This document shows, piece by piece, positions 37,902-49,677 of a stretch of 64,000 bases of DNA. The stretch lies in NCBI RefSeq assembly GCF_964204645.1, contig NC_134036.1, forward strand, positions 3,596,001 through 3,660,000. The letters are read 5' to 3'. Source of the stretch: Tubulanus polymorphus. Lineage: Eukaryota; Animalia; Nemertea. Numbering within the stretch: the stretch's first letter is position 1; each line of letters starts with the position of its first letter. The translations under genes and the position numbers were made by a program. The notes beneath the pieces are model-generated. The model saw only the letters and a program-made list of their open reading frames with translations. It was not told the DNA's origin and did not search any database.

Positions 37902-39014
37902 ATGGCCGCGCAAAATGTATCGGTTGGTGCAGGGAACTTTACCGCCAACACCACAGGAGTGACAACCACAACTGAGAAGGCATTGTTTAAACCTCATTCG
38001 CGGTGTAAATACATCCATCACGCCGATTATAAACCGTTTCACGTAAATCTGTTTCTACAGATCACTACTTACGTCGTTTTCAGCATCGCCATCTTCGGTT
38101 TGATGGCGAATTCATTGTCTTTTATAATTCTCAGCAAAGAACGTTCGAACAACACTAGTATATTCTATTTGAGAGGTTTGGCCGTTGCGGACATGTTTAT
38201 TTGTTTGTCTTGTGTCGTATTTGACTTCCAGTATGGGCTCTACAGTCACACGCTGTTACTGGACATGACTGCTGAAATAAACCACGTTATGAAGCGCATG
38301 CATATATATACTCAACACATTCGAAAAGTTTTTTCAAGTATCAGTGACCTGATAACATTGTTAATAGCAATAGACAGATATGTAGTTGTTTGTTGGCCTC
38401 TGAAAGCTATCAGAATCATAAGCATCAAGAAAAGCCATATCAACGTCACTATTGTTGTAATAATTTCTCTTTGCAACCAGTCTAGAGAATTTTTCTTGTA
38501 CTATAACCATCGTTCCCGTAATCCGTGCACTGGACACGAAAGATGGAATCGGAAATTCACTCCATTTGCTAAAAACATTTATTTGAAATACTATGGCGTG
38601 TTTGTCCGCGCTCCTATATTTACTATAATCCCGACAGTGATAGTAGTTCTGATAACTATCCGATTGATTTTCACGTTGAGACGCGCAGGAGCAGCGAGAA
38701 AAACAATGTCTACAAATAATCAAACTTCTAACAGCAGCAGCAGCAGTGACCGTAGTTTAACTCTGACATTAATTCTAATTTCATGTTTCTATTTATTGAA
38801 GAATGCATTGTCTGTTCGAGCCTCCATCGTCAACTTGATAAAAACTCTCGGCGGTTCACTCGGTAAAGGCATTTCTCACGTTTATATGAACCCAGTTATG
38901 GACATCGTAAGAATGATTGTATCATCTTGTAATTTCGTCATTTATTGCGCTTCGAGGCGTCGCTTTCGAAATCAACTGAAAGCGATGTTTTCGATTAAGA
39001 AATACCAAATCTGA
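37902..39014 (+). CDS. GPCR array copy 3
   Basis: Intact ORF, nearly identical to copy 2, including the upstream spacer. Confidence 0.9.
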   Translation: MAAQNVSVGAGNFTANTTGVTTTTEKALFKPHSRCKYIHHADYKPFHVNLFLQITTYVVFSIAIFGLMANSLSFIILSKERSNNTSIFYLRGLAVADMFICLSCVVFDFQYGLYSHTLLLDMTAEINHVMKRMHIYTQHIRKVFSSISDLITLLIAIDRYVVVCWPLKAIRIISIKKSHINVTIVVIISLCNQSREFFLYYNHRSRNPCTGHERWNRKFTPFAKNIYLKYYGVFVRAPIFTIIPTVIVVLITIRLIFTLRRAGAARKTMSTNNQTSNSSSSSDRSLTLTLILISCFYLLKNALSVRASIVNLIKTLGGSLGKGISHVYMNPVMDIVRMIVSSCNFVIYCASRRRFRNQLKAMFSIKKYQI

Positions 39015-41016
39015 TACGTTCAATTCTCACAAGCTTTCGATATTTCTTATTTTCAAGAATCGAATTTCAGTGGTTTCTTTTATCCATGCACAATCGCCTC
39101 TTATAGTTCATACTTATACAATTACACTATAAACTAAAGCAATCGCTATTGAGATCGCGAGGCTTATCTGTAAGCGAAATAAAAAACAAAACAATTGCTT
39201 ATCCATAGATATAGACAGAAAGCATAGCCCACAGTTCATATGAGCCAGTTCCACAAAACCGTAATCAACCGTAATATCTAATACAGAACAGAAGACTTAC
39301 TGTAGATCTTCTTTTAAACTACAAAACTTATTTGTAAACACCACACACCGTGTTTTCAATAATTTCTATATAAACTGTCGAATCGAATTTCAGCATCTTA
39401 AGAATTCCGAATTTTGACTTGAAATTATGATTTAAACTTGATGATTTTGTTCACTGACGCTGCGATCAACGCCGACAATATTGCGTCATATATGTATACG
39501 ATCATTGTATAGGGTTCGAACTCACGAGACGTGACGTCAATACACGCCCTATACAAATGGACTCGTTATTATGTGACTAACAGCCACGGATACTACTAGA
39601 CGAGTATATACCGCTGGATTTAAGGGGAAACCCCATTAGGAACAAAATCCGAGGACAATATCGGATGTGATTGAACGCTATCGTCTCGGTTCGGAAATGT
39701 ACGATTTAGATTGAACTCATTCGTCAACGGTTCGGACGAAACGATGTGTATATATGACGGTCGAATTTTGAATTGGACTTGCTTCTCGACCCTAGGAAAC
39801 CCTTAACCTGACGCAAAGGTAAACTTCGATTATTCTATTCCGCTTGTCTTATGTGCATCTGATTTTCGTATTAGAAGGTCGATCGTCGCATTTGTTCAAG
39901 TGTTTCGGGGCTTCGCATTCAAGGCGAGTACAACCATAGACTGTAGAGGACTACTACCAGAAACCAGTAGTATATTCAGTAAATTATCTGAAGTAAAGCA
40001 TCTTCAAATTGGCAAAGTCAAAGTCAGTATTCCGCTTTAAATATAATTTGCAGACTCAAAATAGAAACAATAAAGAAGTTTCCAGTTTCTAGGCGCCATT
40101 TTGTCGCGGTCCCTCGAGGTCCCCATTGTTGCGATAATTTGCGCTCATTTTTGAAGCAGAAGTTTAGATTGAATATCATATAGTTCTGCAGTCCCTTGCT
40201 TGATTAACTTAATTAATACACCATTTCAAAGGAAATGAAATGCAGGAATTTGCCGGTGGTTATTGGATTTTTTAACGCAACAATTGAGAGCAGTGACGAT
40301 TAGATTAAATTGAATTTATCGTTCATCGATTGTAAACTAAAAAGTATAAAGTACCTTTTCTTTTGAAATTGCTATTCGCTGAAAGGCGATGTTATCGGCA
40401 TATGTAATTACGTGAATTTTCATGCTGTCCATTCCGTACATTTCCATATTTCGTGAATTCATCCTTTTTTTATGGCCTATGACATATTTTTCATATAGTA
40501 AATATATTTCTCCATTTAAACGTATTCAATTTCTCCTCAACCGAATTCGTAAACTAAACTGAACTTGAATTAGTTAAACCGAGGCGAAAACCAGATCATA
40601 AAGTTAGTAAATCGGCTTCATAATCGAATATAGCTTGTAAGTTGTTTAATAGATGGTTACTATTTTTCCAGTTCACTAACGCTATATATGATTCTGCACA
40701 CGAGAAGCCTACATTTTTCACTAATTGATTCGGATCTGATTTCCTAAAATCTCTCACGTTACAAAATAATGTATGTGATGGCATGGAAGAACATCGCTTC
40801 ACCGAAATCGCAAGATTGAAAACTAATCATTAGCAGTTCCTGTCGCCCAGCGTCAGTTTAACTCTGATGCAGTTGGTGACGTCTCAACCACAGTTTACAG
40901 TATGTTCAAAATTCGTTAGTAATTGAGACGCTTCTTGTTGTAGCGAGTTCGACTGCGTTGGGAGTTTAATTAAACTGATCGTTCCTCGATCTAGCAGTGG
41001 TGCACAAATTGAATTG

Positions 41017-42147
41017 ATGGCTTCTGAAAATGTATCGATTAGTGCTGGAATTCGTTACTCCAACCAGTCAGAAGTGACAACCGCCACTGAGAAGGCTGGG
41101 TTTAAACCTCATCCGCGGTGTAAATACATCCATCACGCGGATTACAAACCGTTTCACGTGAATCTATTTCTGCAGATCACGACTTATGATATATTCAGCT
41201 TTGCCATCTTCGGCTTCGGCGCAAATCTACTGTCTTTTATTATTCTCAGCAAAGAACGCTCAAACAACACCAGTATATTCTATTTGAGATGTTTGGCTGT
41301 TGCGGACATGTTTATTTGTTTGTCTTATATTGTATTCGCCTTTCAGTATCGACTCTACAGTCACACACTGTTACTGGACATGACTGCTGAAATAAACCAC
41401 GCTATGAAGCGCATGTATTCATACACTCAAAACATTCGCATTGTGTTTTCAGGTATCAGCGATCTGATAACATTGTTAATAGCTTTAGACAGATATATCG
41501 TGGTTTGTTGGCCTCTGAAAGCTGTAAGAATCAATAGCAGGAAGAAAAGTTATGTATTGGTCACTTTTTGTGTGATAATTTCCGTTTGCGATCAGACTAA
41601 GAATTTTTTCAAGTTTAAAGCTACTAATTATACCCGTAATCCGTGCACTGGTCACGAGAGGTGGACTCAGAAGTTGACTCCATTTGCTAAAAACATATAT
41701 TTGAAATACTACGGGGTTTTCGTCCGCGCTCCTTTATTTATCATAATCCCAACAGTGATAGTAATTCTGATAACTATCCGATTGATTTTCACGTTGAGAC
41801 GCGCAGGAGCAGCGAGAAAAACCATGTCTACAAATAATCAAACTTCTAACAGCAGCAGCAGCAGCAGTAGCAGTGACCGTAGTTTAACTCTGACGTTAGT
41901 TCTCATTTCGTGTTTCTATTTAGTGAAAAAATCATTTAATGCCCAAGCCTCTATCACGAACTTGATAGAAACTTTAAATGGTAAAATTGGTAAAGGTATT
42001 TCACACGTTTACTTAAACCCGGTTCAGGATATCATAAAGATGATTGTAGCGTCCAGCAATTTCGTCATTTATTGCGCTTCGAGGCGTCGCTTTAGGAATC
42101 AACTGAAAGCGATGTTTACGATTAAAAGATTCCACGTAAAACCATAG
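41017..42147 (+). CDS. GPCR array copy 4
   Basis: Intact ORF; LDRY, NFVIY. Confidence 0.9.
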   Translation: MASENVSISAGIRYSNQSEVTTATEKAGFKPHPRCKYIHHADYKPFHVNLFLQITTYDIFSFAIFGFGANLLSFIILSKERSNNTSIFYLRCLAVADMFICLSYIVFAFQYRLYSHTLLLDMTAEINHAMKRMYSYTQNIRIVFSGISDLITLLIALDRYIVVCWPLKAVRINSRKKSYVLVTFCVIISVCDQTKNFFKFKATNYTRNPCTGHERWTQKLTPFAKNIYLKYYGVFVRAPLFIIIPTVIVILITIRLIFTLRRAGAARKTMSTNNQTSNSSSSSSSSDRSLTLTLVLISCFYLVKKSFNAQASITNLIETLNGKIGKGISHVYLNPVQDIIKMIVASSNFVIYCASRRRFRNQLKAMFTIKRFHVKP

Positions 42148-43229
42148 AAGTGTAAGCGAACACTTCTATGGTAAAACTCACTACAGCGGCACCCTGAGTT
42201 GTACAGCTGAAAGACCAATACACAAGACCTGAAAATCTGGCCCATGATGTCAGTCGCTTCGTTTGACTTCATTTGTATCTAAAATGACGATATTTGTTTA
42301 CATTGATTCCATGGCTTAACATTTACCAAAAAAAAAACAGCAAATATAAATCTCGCCAAGCCACGATCTTTTATTTTTTCATCCAGTAGAACCCAAACTG
42401 TAACAAAATCATAAACTATTCTTAAACTAATTTTCAAAACTGTTCATATTCTTCTAACTCCTGATGGCTGTGATCGACCGACCAGTATTCCGGTAAAAAC
42501 CGCGGCTTCGTCGTGTCGATAAAATGTTGCCTTTCGACCGCGTTCGAATCGTATCAAACCTTCGTTTCTGGCGACGAATTCCATGAAATCCCCGTTTGTC
42601 TCGTTCGACTCGAGCTTCAGGACTGCTTCGAGACAACCACCCGAGGCGGCAGGTTTAAAACCACGTTCGCGATGCAAATACACCAACCGCGCTGATTACA
42701 AATCATTCTAGGTATCTACTGATCACTTGAATAAATTAAACAGAAAAGAATAAACCAGACAGAAAATTTGTTAATCGGTTTCATATAAGCAATGTTAGCA
42801 ATGTTGCAAGTTTTTGAAAGTTGGTTACTACTTTCCCAGTACTCTTTATGTTATAACATAGATATATTATTCTTCACACGAGAAGCGTACATTTTACATT
42901 TTTCACATATCGATTCGGATCTGGTTTCTAAAGTCTCTCTCTCACATTTAAAAGTAGTATAATGGCCGGGTAGAATATCGCTACACCGAAATTGCAGGTT
43001 CTCGAAATACTCGCCAACTCAAGAACTGCAATATACGGGTTCCTGTCGATCAGCGTCAGTTTGACTGTGGTGCTGTTGGTGACGTATCACTGGCTGGTTT
43101 ACTATAGTTACCGCTATAGTATGTTCACAATTCGTTAATATTTGAGACGTTTCTTGTTGTTGCAAGTTCTGCTTTGGAAGTTTAAGCTGATCGTTCCTTG
43201 TTCACGCTGTGGATGCATAAACCGAATTG

Positions 43230-44339
43230 ATGGAAAATGTAACGGTTGGTGCTGGATACTCCAACCAGTCGGGGGTGACAACCACCACTGAGAAGGCAGG
43301 GTTTAAACCTCATCCGCGGTGTAAATACATCCATCACGCCGATTACAAACCGTTTCACGTGAATCTGTTTCTGCAGATCACGCTTTATGATATATTCAGC
43401 TTTGCCATCTTCGGCTTCGGCGCAAATCTACTGTCTTTTATTATTCTCAGCAAAGAACGCTCAAACAACACCAGTATATTCTATTTGAGATGTTTGGCCG
43501 TTGCGGACATGTTTATTTGTTTGTCTTATGTCGTATTTGACTTTCAGTATCGACTCTACAGTCACACACTGTTACTAGACATGACTGCTGAAATAAACCA
43601 CGCTATGAAGCGCATGTATTCATACACTCAAGACATTCGCATTGTGTTTTCAGGTATCAGTGACCTGATAACATTGTTAATAGCTATAGACAGATATATC
43701 GTTGTTTGTTGGCCTCTGAAAGCTGTAAGAATCAATAGCAGGAAGAAAAGTTATGTGTTGGTCACTTTTTGTGTGATAATTTCCGTTTGCGATCAGACTA
43801 AGAATTTTTTCAAGTTTAAAGCTACTAATTATACCCGTAATCCGTGCACTGGACACGAGAGGTGGACTCGGAAGTTGACTCCATTTGCTAAAAACATCTA
43901 TTTGAGATACTACGAGGTTATTGTCCGCGCTCCTTTATTTATCATAATCCCAACAGTGATAGTAGTTCTGATAACTATCCGATTGATTTTCACGTTGAGA
44001 CGCGCAGGATCAGCGAGAAAAACCATGTCTACAAATAATCAAACTTCTAACAACAACAGCAGCAGTGACCGTAGTTTAACTCTGACGTTAGTTCTCATTT
44101 CGTGTTTCTATTTAGTGAAAAAATCATTTAATGCCCAAGCCTCTATCACGAACTTGATAGAAACTTTAAATGGTAAAATTGGTAAAGGTATTTCACACGT
44201 TTACTTAAACCCGGTTCAGGATATCATAAAGATGATTGTAGCGTCCAGCAATTTCGTCATTTATTGCGCTTCGAGGCGTCGCTTTAGGAATCAACTGAAA
44301 GCGATGTTTACGATTAAAAGATTCCACGTAAAACCATAG
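43230..44339 (+). CDS. GPCR array copy 5
   Basis: Intact ORF, close to copy 4, including the 3' flank. Confidence 0.9.
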   Translation: MENVTVGAGYSNQSGVTTTTEKAGFKPHPRCKYIHHADYKPFHVNLFLQITLYDIFSFAIFGFGANLLSFIILSKERSNNTSIFYLRCLAVADMFICLSYVVFDFQYRLYSHTLLLDMTAEINHAMKRMYSYTQDIRIVFSGISDLITLLIAIDRYIVVCWPLKAVRINSRKKSYVLVTFCVIISVCDQTKNFFKFKATNYTRNPCTGHERWTRKLTPFAKNIYLRYYEVIVRAPLFIIIPTVIVVLITIRLIFTLRRAGSARKTMSTNNQTSNNNSSSDRSLTLTLVLISCFYLVKKSFNAQASITNLIETLNGKIGKGISHVYLNPVQDIIKMIVASSNFVIYCASRRRFRNQLKAMFTIKRFHVKP

Positions 44340-45417
44340 AAGTGTAAGCGAACACTTCTATGGTAAAACTCACTACAGCGGGACCCTGAGTTGTACAGCT
44401 GAAAGACCAATACACAAGACCTGAAAATCTGGCCCATGATTTCAGTCGCTTCGTTTGACTTCATTTGTATCTAAAATGACGATATTTGTTTACATTGATT
44501 CCATGGCTTAACATTTACCAAAAAAAAAAAACAGCAAATATAAATCTCGTCAAGCCACGATCTTTTATTTTTTCATCCAGTAGAACCCAAACTGTAACAA
44601 AATCATAAACTATTCTTAAACTAATTTTCAAAACTGTTCATATTCTTCTAGCTCCTGATGGCTGTGATCGACCGACCAGTATTCCGGTAAAAACCGCGGC
44701 TTCGTCGTGTCGATAAAATGTTGCCTTTCGACCGCGTTCGAATCGTATCAAACCTTCGTTCCTGGCGACGAATTCCATGAAATCCCCCGTTTGTCTCGTT
44801 CGACTCGAGCTTCAGGACTGCTTCGAGACAACCACCCGAGGCAGCAGGTTTAAAACCACGTTCGCGATGCAAATACACCAACCACGCTGATTACAAATCA
44901 TTCCAGGTACCTAATGATTACTTAAATAAATTAAACAGAAAAAATAGAAGTAAAACCAGACAGAAAATTAGTAAATCGGTTTCATACAAGCAGTGTTAGC
45001 AATGTTGTAAGTTTTTTGGTAACTACTTTTTCCAGTACTCTTTATGTTATAACATAGATATATTATTCTTCACACGAGAAGCGTACATTTTACATTTTTC
45101 ACATATCGATTCGGATCTGGTTTCTAAAGTCTCTCACGTTAAAAAGTAGTATAATGGCCGGGTAGAATATCGCTTCACCGAAATTATAGGTTCTCGAAAT
45201 ATTCGCCAACTCAAGAACTGCAATATACGGGTTCCTGTCGATCAGCGTCAGTTTGACTGTGGTGCTGTTGGTGACGTATCACTGGCTGGTTTACTATAGT
45301 TACCGAGTATGTTCAGAATTCGTTAATATTTGAGACGTTTCTTGTTGTTGCAAGTTCTGCTTTGGAAGTTTAAACTGATCGTTCCTTGTTTAAGCTGTGG
45401 ATGCATAAACTGAATTG

Positions 45418-46239
45418 ATGGCTTCTGAAAATGTAACGGTTGGTGCTGGATACTCCAACCAGTCAGAAGTGACAACCAGCACTGAGAAGGCAGGGTTTAA
45501 ACCGCATTCGCGGTGTAAATACATCCATCACGCCGATTACAAACCGTTTCACGTGAATCTGTTTCTGCAGATCACGACTTATGTTATCTTCAGCTTTGCC
45601 ATCTTCGGCTTCGGAGCAAATCTACTGTCTTTTATAATTCTCAGCAAAGAACGTTCGAAAAACACCAGTATATTCTATTTGAGATATTTGGCCGTTGCGG
45701 ACATGTTTATTTGTTTGTGTTATATCGTATTTGACTTTCAGTACCGGCTCTACATGCACACACTGTTACTGGACATGACTGTTGAAATAAACCACGCTAT
45801 GAAGCGCATGTATTCGTACACCAAATACATGCGATCAATATCGTCTTCAATCAGTGATCTGATTACAGTGTTAATAGCTATAGACAGATATATCGCTGTT
45901 TGTTGGCCTTTGAAAGCTGTCAGAATTATAGGCATGAAAAAGAGTTATATCAACGTCACTATTGTCGTTATAATTAGTCTTTGCAACCAGTCTAGGAATT
46001 TTTTCAAGTATACTAACTATCGTTCCCGTAATCCGTGCACTGGACACGAGAGATGGAATCGGATATTTACTCCATTTGCTAAAAACATTTATTTGAAATA
46101 CTACGACGTATTTGTTCGCGCTCCTATATTCACTATAATCCCGACAGTGATAGTAGTTCTGATAACTATCCGATTGATTTTCACGTTGAGACGCGCAGGA
46201 GCAGCGAGAAAAACCATGTCTACAAATAATCAAACTTCT

Positions 46240-46275
<36 letters not shown>

Positions 46276-46551
46276 GACCGTAGTTTAACTTTGACGTTAA
46301 TTCTCATTTCATGTTTCTATTTATTGAAGAATGCATTGTCTGTTCGAGCCTCCATCGTAAATTTAATAAAAACTTTAGGCGGTACACTCGGTAAAGGTAA
46401 TGCACATGTTTACATGAACCCAGTTTTTGATACCTTAAGAATGATCGTAGCCTCTACTAATTTCGTCATCTATTGCGCTTCGAGGCGTCGCTTTCGAAAT
46501 CAACTGAAAGCGATGTTTTCGATTAAGAAATACCAAATTCAATTCAATTGA
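45418..46551 (+). CDS. GPCR array copy 6 (mosaic)
   Basis: Intact ORF; ICL3 tract S11. Confidence 0.9.
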
Positions 46552-46796
46552 ATTTCAATGATCAACTCTATTCCTGCACATTCGCCATTGTAAGGCCGAT
46601 TTCGAAGCGAAATTGAAAATAGGAGAATTGTTGATCGCAAAATCTACTCGATTTCTTTCAATATTACATGTACAACACTGTTTTTCTTCTATACAGTATC
46701 CGCAGTTATCTCTCCTAGCGATTGTGTGGAGGATTATGATCGTGACGTCATGGTCCTTGGTCGGCCAATATGTTCGAATGTTTACCGGTCACAATC

Positions 46797-47070
46797 GGGC
46801 GGACCGGATGGCTTAGTCGGTCGGCGACTAGCGTGTCACCGCTGTGGCCCAGGTTCGAGTCTCGGAGGAGGCGGGTCAGGATGTGGCAATTGATCTCCGG
46901 TAAGCGGGCGAGTCGAGAGTACTGTCCTCCCTGGAATGAGGTTGCTAATGCGTGAGTCCTACAGAATATCTGGCGTGGGGTAAATTATGTTTAATTCAGT
47001 CGTTTCTGGCTGAATTATTTATTTATCCCACAATGCCGGTCCAGGTTGCGGAGTAATTCCCCCAGGGACC
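46797..47070 (+). mobile_element. tRNA-derived SINE (or SINE head)
   Basis: Pol III A box TGGCTTAGTCGG (~46809) and B box GGTTCGAGTC (~46852) at tRNA spacing, no closing acceptor stem, followed by a non-tRNA body. Confidence 0.6.
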
Positions 47071-48314
47071 TTCGACTTTTTTACAATATTAGTTTGTTAT
47101 TTCAAGTTTAGTGGTGAGGGTCTGAGAAATCTTTCTTTTATTCTTCGAAGAAATTGAAGAAAATCGCAACAGGAATTCCGCAGATCTTCCTGCTCATTTC
47201 TCAAGTGATGGAAAAACTTCAGTTTTTTTATTCTAAGCTTTGCCAGATTCCAGTCAGAGTAGATGTGCACGCGGCGATGTCTGGTGAACGTGTGTATAAA
47301 TTCAGCCTCAAAACGACTATCCAATAGAGAATGACTCACTGGAGACCTGCCATACGCTCTACTACACAATAGTGCCGCGTGACTGCACAAACCCTACAGC
47401 AAAATTCAAAATTCCTAAATCAACATTCTTAAATCGTAGGATTTAATTCGTATCATAATTCAGAAATTGACAAATCGACACTAAAGTTTGTTGGATAGTT
47501 TAGATATAATTTCAGTATGAAACTTTAAGCTAAAATCGTCGCATTCGATATTTTATCTTTTTCGATATGTATTTCTATGAATAGTCGGATTAAACTCGAC
47601 GACCTGTAATCTCCATAGAAAATGCGTGGCACGAATTGAATGGTTCTCGAGGATTAGCGTCACGGACTCGGGTCTGTCACAGGAATGCGCGGTCGAGCCT
47701 TCTGATTGATCCATTCCGGTCGCCTCGATGATGCACCGTCGCTGATTGGTCGACGTAGGTATTAGAAGCGCGGTTCGAGCCACCCGATGCCAGTCCGAGT
47801 ACTGCTATCCTGATGTGAAAGTCGAGCCATAAGAACTCTCCAACAAGGCGTGAAGAACATGTGGCTCCAAGCGAACAACTTTGCTGGTCCTGGTCCTGGT
47901 CCTGATGATAGCGGAGGAGTTCCGAGACACCTGACATAAACTGCTGATGCCTCTGCAGCTGGTACTGATGTAGTTCTCCAGACATGTATGAATTTGCTGA
48001 TGAGGATCAGTTATATCACAACGACACGCGTTTTGATCTGGTTTGTATTTTACTAGACTTTTTCAAAATTAAGCCTTGAACCAGTTTTAACCAACTTTGA
48101 CGTGACTTTGAAAAACTTATCCGAAATTCTACTGGAAATAGTACTAATTCTGATTTTATTGGAATCTTATTCTTCGTTTTGAATGTTCCAATTTGTCTGT
48201 TGCTTTATTCGGTTTGAAAATATCTCTACCTCGTCGGTCTTGATTGACATTCAGTTTATTCTAACTTCAGAGGCAGTTAGCGGATCAAACCAGAAGACTT
48301 GCAGCTTCGAAACA

Positions 48315-49250
48315 CTCGACTACCATCTTCAAACCTCGTGACCAGGCTCTACTCCGACTACCATCTTCAAACCTCGAGACGCAGACTCCATTTCGACTAC
48401 CATCTTCAAACCTCGAGACGTAGACTCTACTCCGACTACCATCTTCAAACCTCGAGACGCAGACTCTACTCCGACTACAGCGCCAAACCTCGAGACGCAG
48501 ACTCTACTCCGACTACCATCTTCCAAACCTCGAGACGCAGACTCTACTCCGACTACAGCGCCAAACCTCGAGACGCAGACTCTACTCCGACTACAGCGCC
48601 AAACCTCGAGACGCAGACTCTACTCCGACTACCATCTTCCAAACCTCGAGACGCAGACTCTACTCCGACTACAGCACCAAACCTCGAGACGCACACTCTA
48701 CTCTGACTACCTTCTTCAAACCTCGAGATTCTTCAAACCTCGAGACGCAGACTCTACTCCGACTACAGCGCCAAACCTCGAGACGCAGACTCTACTCCGA
48801 CTACCATCTTCCAAACCTCGAGACGCAGACTCTACTCCGACTACAGCACCAAACCTCGAGACGCACACTCTACTCTGACTACCTTCTTCAAACCTCGAGA
48901 TTCTTCAAACCTCGAGACGCAGACTCTACTCCGACTACAGCGCCAAACCTCGAGACGCAGACTCTACTCCGACTACCATCTTCCAAACCTCGAGACGCAG
49001 ACTCTACTCCGACTACAGCACCAAACCTCGAGACGCACACTCTACTCTGACTACCTTCTTCAAACCTCGAGATTCTTCAAACCTCGAGACGCAGACTCTA
49101 CTCCGACTACAGCGCCAAACCTCGAGACGCAGACTCTACTCCGACTACCATCTTCCAAACCTCGAGACGCAGACTCTACTCCGACTACAGCACCAAACCT
49201 CGAGACGCAGACTCTACTCTGACTACCTTCTTCAAACCTCGAGACGCAAA
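48315..49250. repeat. Minisatellite (38-40 bp monomer AAACCTCGAGACGCAGACTCTACTCCGACTAC+tail) with a 172-bp higher-order repeat
   Basis: More than 20 monomers. The diagnostic truncated monomer (GAGATTCTTC) recurs at 48725, 48897 and 49069, i.e. 172-bp spacing. Confidence 0.95.
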
Positions 49251-49609
49251 CTTCAACTTCCTGTTCGTTTTGCCGCATGTTATAAAAGCAACGTAAATAA
49301 ATAAGCGTAAAATTAAATTGCTCGACTTTATTGAAATCATTTTGCCCGGAAAGGACTCTTCCGCTCACTCTCTTTTGTCTCGGGCCTTTTGCCCCGAAAA
49401 GGACTCTTCCGCTCTCAACTTCACACTCGTTCAAAGGAGAAAGGACAAAGTCAAAGGAAAGGGACAAACGCAAAGAAAATACAAATCAAGACTTTTATTG
49501 AGGAAGAAACATCCGAAATTCACAAATTCAATTAATGATTTGTTTCAGTTTGTTTGCAAAAGTTAAATTCAACATTTTATTGAATCGTCTAAAATTAATA
49601 AATAAAATT

Positions 49610-49677
49610 TTCGGGATTTGAACTACCAACCTTTCAGCTAGCAGCACAGCACCCTACCAACTACGCTATAGCGGCAC
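49610..49677 (-). mobile_element. tRNA-like SINE head / pseudo-tRNA
   Basis: Minus strand GCCGCTATAGCGTAGTTGGTAG...GTTCAAATCCC contains A- and B-box-like sequences; the acceptor stem does not close. Confidence 0.5.

Noticed and set aside
36082-46233. Recurrent 120-aa antisense ORFs within GPCR copies
   Set aside because: Antisense shadows conserved only because the sense genes are recent duplicates.
48315-49250. CRISPR-like array or repetitive protein (ORFs 48299-48706, 49060-49473)
   Set aside because: No unique spacers, no cas genes, eukaryotic context; monomer lengths of 38/40/17 break the frame.
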